Shown here: positions 27,081 to 29,791 of the stretch, piece after piece
Layout of the letters: each line of letters begins with the position of its first letter
Numbering within the stretch: position 1 is the stretch's first letter
Notes under the pieces: model-generated
What the model saw: only the letters and a program-made list of their open reading frames with translations
Told to the model about the DNA's origin: nothing
The model's database searches: none
Program-made: the position numbers and the translations under genes
DNA from: a virus
Lineage: Duplodnaviria; Caudoviricetes
DNA: 29,791 nt
Virus record (IMG/VR): IMGVR_UViG_3300006046_000017
Coordinates: 1 to 29,791 of that record
Direction: 5' to 3' (one strand)

Positions 27081-27113
27081 AAGAAAAACGGGCGCCAAGG
27101 GGCGCCCGTTCTT
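27081..27113. terminator. terminator between convergent genes (best U-tract on - strand)
   Basis: AACGGGCGCC-AAGG-GGCGCCCGTT with A-run on the left. Confidence 0.8.
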
Positions 27114-27132
27114 CCGACCAACACCGTAACTT

Positions 27133-27498
27133 CTACTCTTCTTTGCCGTTCAGATTCGCCGCCTCCAGCTCGATGAGCAAGCGGTACTGACGTAACGCCT
27201 CCATCGCCGGCAGCGGCATCTTCACGACCAGCACCTTGTACCCGCTCTTTGGATGATCGCGCAGTTCCAGCAGGGTCTCTGTCACCGGCTTAACCGGCAC
27301 TAGGTCCGCTGGCTTGCACCCTAGAACCTTCGCCAGTCGCTCAAGGGTGACTGGCGTCGGCAAGCTCCTCATCGTCGTGTACGTGCTAATGGCGTCTTTC
27401 GATAGCTTGGCTTTCCTTGCCAGCTCCGCACCCGTGATTTTCATTTCGATCATGCGGGCAACCAGCCGATCCCGAAACACTCTCCTGTCGGTCGGCAT
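27133..27498 (-). CDS. CI-like XRE repressor (start uncertain)
   Basis: FRDRL..RM....ITGAELARKAKLSKDAISTY.....LP....LERLAKVLG; divergent from a Cro-like gene; no S24 peptidase motif seen. Confidence 0.85.
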   Translation of the reverse strand: MPTDRRVFRDRLVARMIEMKITGAELARKAKLSKDAISTYTTMRSLPTPVTLERLAKVLGCKPADLVPVKPVTETLLELRDHPKSGYKVLVVKMPLPAMEALRQYRLLIELEAANLNGKEE

Positions 27499-27844
27499 GT
27501 TCAGTAAGTCATCGCTTCGCTTATTTATGACACAGCTCCTTATTCTCAACACCCCATCAGTTCTCTTTGTTTAGACCACTAACTGTCAACTCGCCAACAG
27601 TGGAACGCCCCCGTTCAAAATGTCAGTCGATGTCAACTGACGGCAAGCATACGCCTATATACGTGCAACTAATAATTACAGCGCTGGCAACGATTCAACT
27701 CGCGCGGCCGGGATGTCGGTTGCCAGCGACGGCGTTCAACAAAATAGTGCATTGATTCAGCTCTCTGCACCGTCATTTTTTGACGCCGTGTGGTTCTCAT
27801 AGGAGCGTGTTTCCCACCGGAAATTACCGAGCAGGGAGCGCGAC

Positions 27845-28099
27845 GTGGCCTACAAGACCAATTTCAATTACGAGCGCCTACAGCGTGACTTGGGATTTCT
27901 TGCCACCGACATACCCCACCTGTTCCGGGGTCTCTACGGGGAGGACGTCAGCAAGGCGGCGGTTTATGCCTGGTTTCGACGGGAGTCGATGTCGGTTGAA
28001 CGTCTAACTCAACTTTTGACCATCGTTCGCATCGAGACCGGCAAGAAGCTCGACATCTGGAAATACATCGAGGCCACCCGGCCGGCGCGGGTGGCCTGA
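27845..28099 (+). CDS. Cro-like HTH protein
   Basis: VSKAAVYAWFRRESM; AGGGAG RBS; divergent from the repressor. Confidence 0.7.
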   Translation: MAYKTNFNYERLQRDLGFLATDIPHLFRGLYGEDVSKAAVYAWFRRESMSVERLTQLLTIVRIETGKKLDIWKYIEATRPARVA

Positions 28100-28100
28100 C

Positions 28101-29021
28101 ATGCGCTACCCCATCGAGAACAAGGCGCATTGGCACGAGCTGCGCCAAAGCAGGATCGGCGCTAGCGAAGTAGCAGCCCTCTTTGGCTGCGGCTACCAGT
28201 CGCAGTTCCAACTGTGGCACGAGAAGCGCGGCGATCTAGCGCACGCCAACTACGACGACAACGAGCGAATTGTTCTAGGGCGGTGCCTAGAGGCAGGGAT
28301 CGCCGACGCCGCGCATATCCTCTACGACTACGAGCTGCGGCGCGCCGATGCGTACTACACGGACGATGAGTGTCCGGGCCTGGGCTGCACTCCCGACTAC
28401 TTTCTAGTTATGGAGGGCGGGGAGTTCCCGGCCGAGGTTAAAAATGCGAGCTGGGGCGCGTTCAAGGATCACTGGCTGATTCACGAGGACGGGTTCACCG
28501 AGCCGCCGCTACGATTCTCGTTGCAGGTACAGACGCAGTTGGCTTGCACCGGAGCGGCGGTCGGCCTGCTGATCGCCTTGATAAGCGGGGATCGGATCGT
28601 GCGCTGCGAGATACCGCGCCACGATGAAGCCATTGCGGAAATTCGCCGCCGCGTCGCCGCCTTCTGGGAGTCCGTCGCGAACCACGTCGAGCCGCCCGCC
28701 GAAATGCCGGGCGACATGGATGCGGCCAAGCGCGTTTGGCACACCGGCGACGGCAGTGTGGACCTGCGCGGCGACCCGGACGTAGAGAGCTGGCTCACCA
28801 ACCTCGCCGAGCTGCGCGCCGCGCGCAAGCGCATCGAGGCCGACGAGTCGCTGATCGACGGGCAGGTCCTCGCCTACTGCACGAAAAACCAGTTCGCCGC
28901 CATCAGCGCGAACGGCGGCCGGGTGTCCTGCAAGACGGTGCCGGCGAAACCCGCGCACACCGTCCAGTTCAAGGCGCAGCCGCAGAAGCTGTCGCTGCGG
29001 ATCACCACGAGCCGCGTATGA
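28101..29021 (+). CDS. YqaJ-like viral recombinase / lambda-exonuclease family protein
   Basis: W...R...IGASE, LW.EK, G..LE, TPD, EVK, QVQ.Q, FW motifs. Confidence 0.92.
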   Translation: MRYPIENKAHWHELRQSRIGASEVAALFGCGYQSQFQLWHEKRGDLAHANYDDNERIVLGRCLEAGIADAAHILYDYELRRADAYYTDDECPGLGCTPDYFLVMEGGEFPAEVKNASWGAFKDHWLIHEDGFTEPPLRFSLQVQTQLACTGAAVGLLIALISGDRIVRCEIPRHDEAIAEIRRRVAAFWESVANHVEPPAEMPGDMDAAKRVWHTGDGSVDLRGDPDVESWLTNLAELRAARKRIEADESLIDGQVLAYCTKNQFAAISANGGRVSCKTVPAKPAHTVQFKAQPQKLSLRITTSRV

Positions 29022-29239
29022 AAAAGCCGATCACCGAAGGTCGCTTGCGCGACCAAGCGAACCGCTGCGAGAACGCGAAGTGCAAGCGCTGCAAGTGTCG
29101 TTGCGGCGGCCTGCTACACGGCAACCGGCACAGCGATGAATGGGTAGCCGAGGAGGTCCTGCGGGATCGGGTCGCGCACCAGCGGCGCGGCGAGCAAATC
29201 GACTGGGTGGGCTACGTCGGCTTTGAGCAATACCTGTGA
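29018..29239 (+). CDS. small Cys-rich zinc-binding protein
   Basis: C..A....C.C.CGG..HG; ATGA/GTGA coupling. Confidence 0.7.
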   Translation: MKKPITEGRLRDQANRCENAKCKRCKCRCGGLLHGNRHSDEWVAEEVLRDRVAHQRRGEQIDWVGYVGFEQYL

Positions 29240-29787
29240 AGTGGAAGTGGCAGGTGCCGGAGCTGGCGCGCGCTATCGCGGCCGAGCGTAACCGCTGTCA
29301 CCAAAACCACGCCTCCATGCACGCCATGGGCGGCGATCTGGACGACGCCGCCATCGTCGGTGTCTGCGGGGAAATGTACGTGGCGCGCATGTTGGGCCTG
29401 CCCTACACCTGGGCGGCCTCCGCGCTGCAAGTGGCTGGCGACGGCGGCGTTGACTTCAGTGTCCCGCTCATCGGCCGGCCGAAGCCGCTCACGCTGGACG
29501 TCAAGACCGCGCGGACACCGAAATGGCTGTTCATTCCCCGCGACAAGATCGAACGCGGCGCCGAGGCGCTGGTGCTGTGCAAGTACACCGATGAGGCCGG
29601 CCCTACGTTCGTCGGTTGGGACTGGCGCAGCGTCATGCGGAAAATGGGGATCATCCACGTCAAGAAGTCCAACACGTACAACTACGCGCGACCCGCCGAG
29701 ATGCTTTTCAAGTTCCCGGCGCTGCTGGAGCTGCTGGCCCGGCGCGAGCAGTTCATGAAATTCGACTACGACGGGTTTCGCATATGA
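29236..29787 (+). CDS. PD-(D/E)XK nuclease-like protein
   Basis: G..GE..V, GDGGVDF, LDVKT, FVGW motifs. Confidence 0.6.
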   Translation: MKWKWQVPELARAIAAERNRCHQNHASMHAMGGDLDDAAIVGVCGEMYVARMLGLPYTWAASALQVAGDGGVDFSVPLIGRPKPLTLDVKTARTPKWLFIPRDKIERGAEALVLCKYTDEAGPTFVGWDWRSVMRKMGIIHVKKSNTYNYARPAEMLFKFPALLELLARREQFMKFDYDGFRI

Positions 29788-29791
29788 GGCG

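Overview
A 29.8 kb piece of a GC-rich, probably temperate, podovirus-like dsDNA phage; no host genes are recognisable. The left two-thirds (- strand) holds the late genes: tail tubular-type proteins, major capsid, scaffold, portal, large terminase, a small lipoprotein, a ~1580-aa tail fibre with a C-terminal S74-type chaperone, accessory genes (pectate-lyase-like beta-helix, HigA-like mini-protein) and a candidate small terminase. Next is a rightward cluster of small early-type genes (20.3-24.3 kb), a leftward tRNA-Val(GAC) plus XRE gene, a P4-like tyrosine integrase, a Xis-like gene, a divergent CI/Cro-like pair, a YqaJ exonuclease and a PD-(D/E)XK-like protein. The standout is the early cluster. 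Three type I hammerhead ribozymes each begin at a stop codon, the other non-overlapping junctions carry long imperfect hairpins, and every independently initiated gene has the same GGAGCTG(TAC) ribosome-binding motif. This looks like an RNA-level system for cutting one transcript into uniformly headed mRNAs. All protein calls come from reading motifs by eye; no database search or folding program was run.
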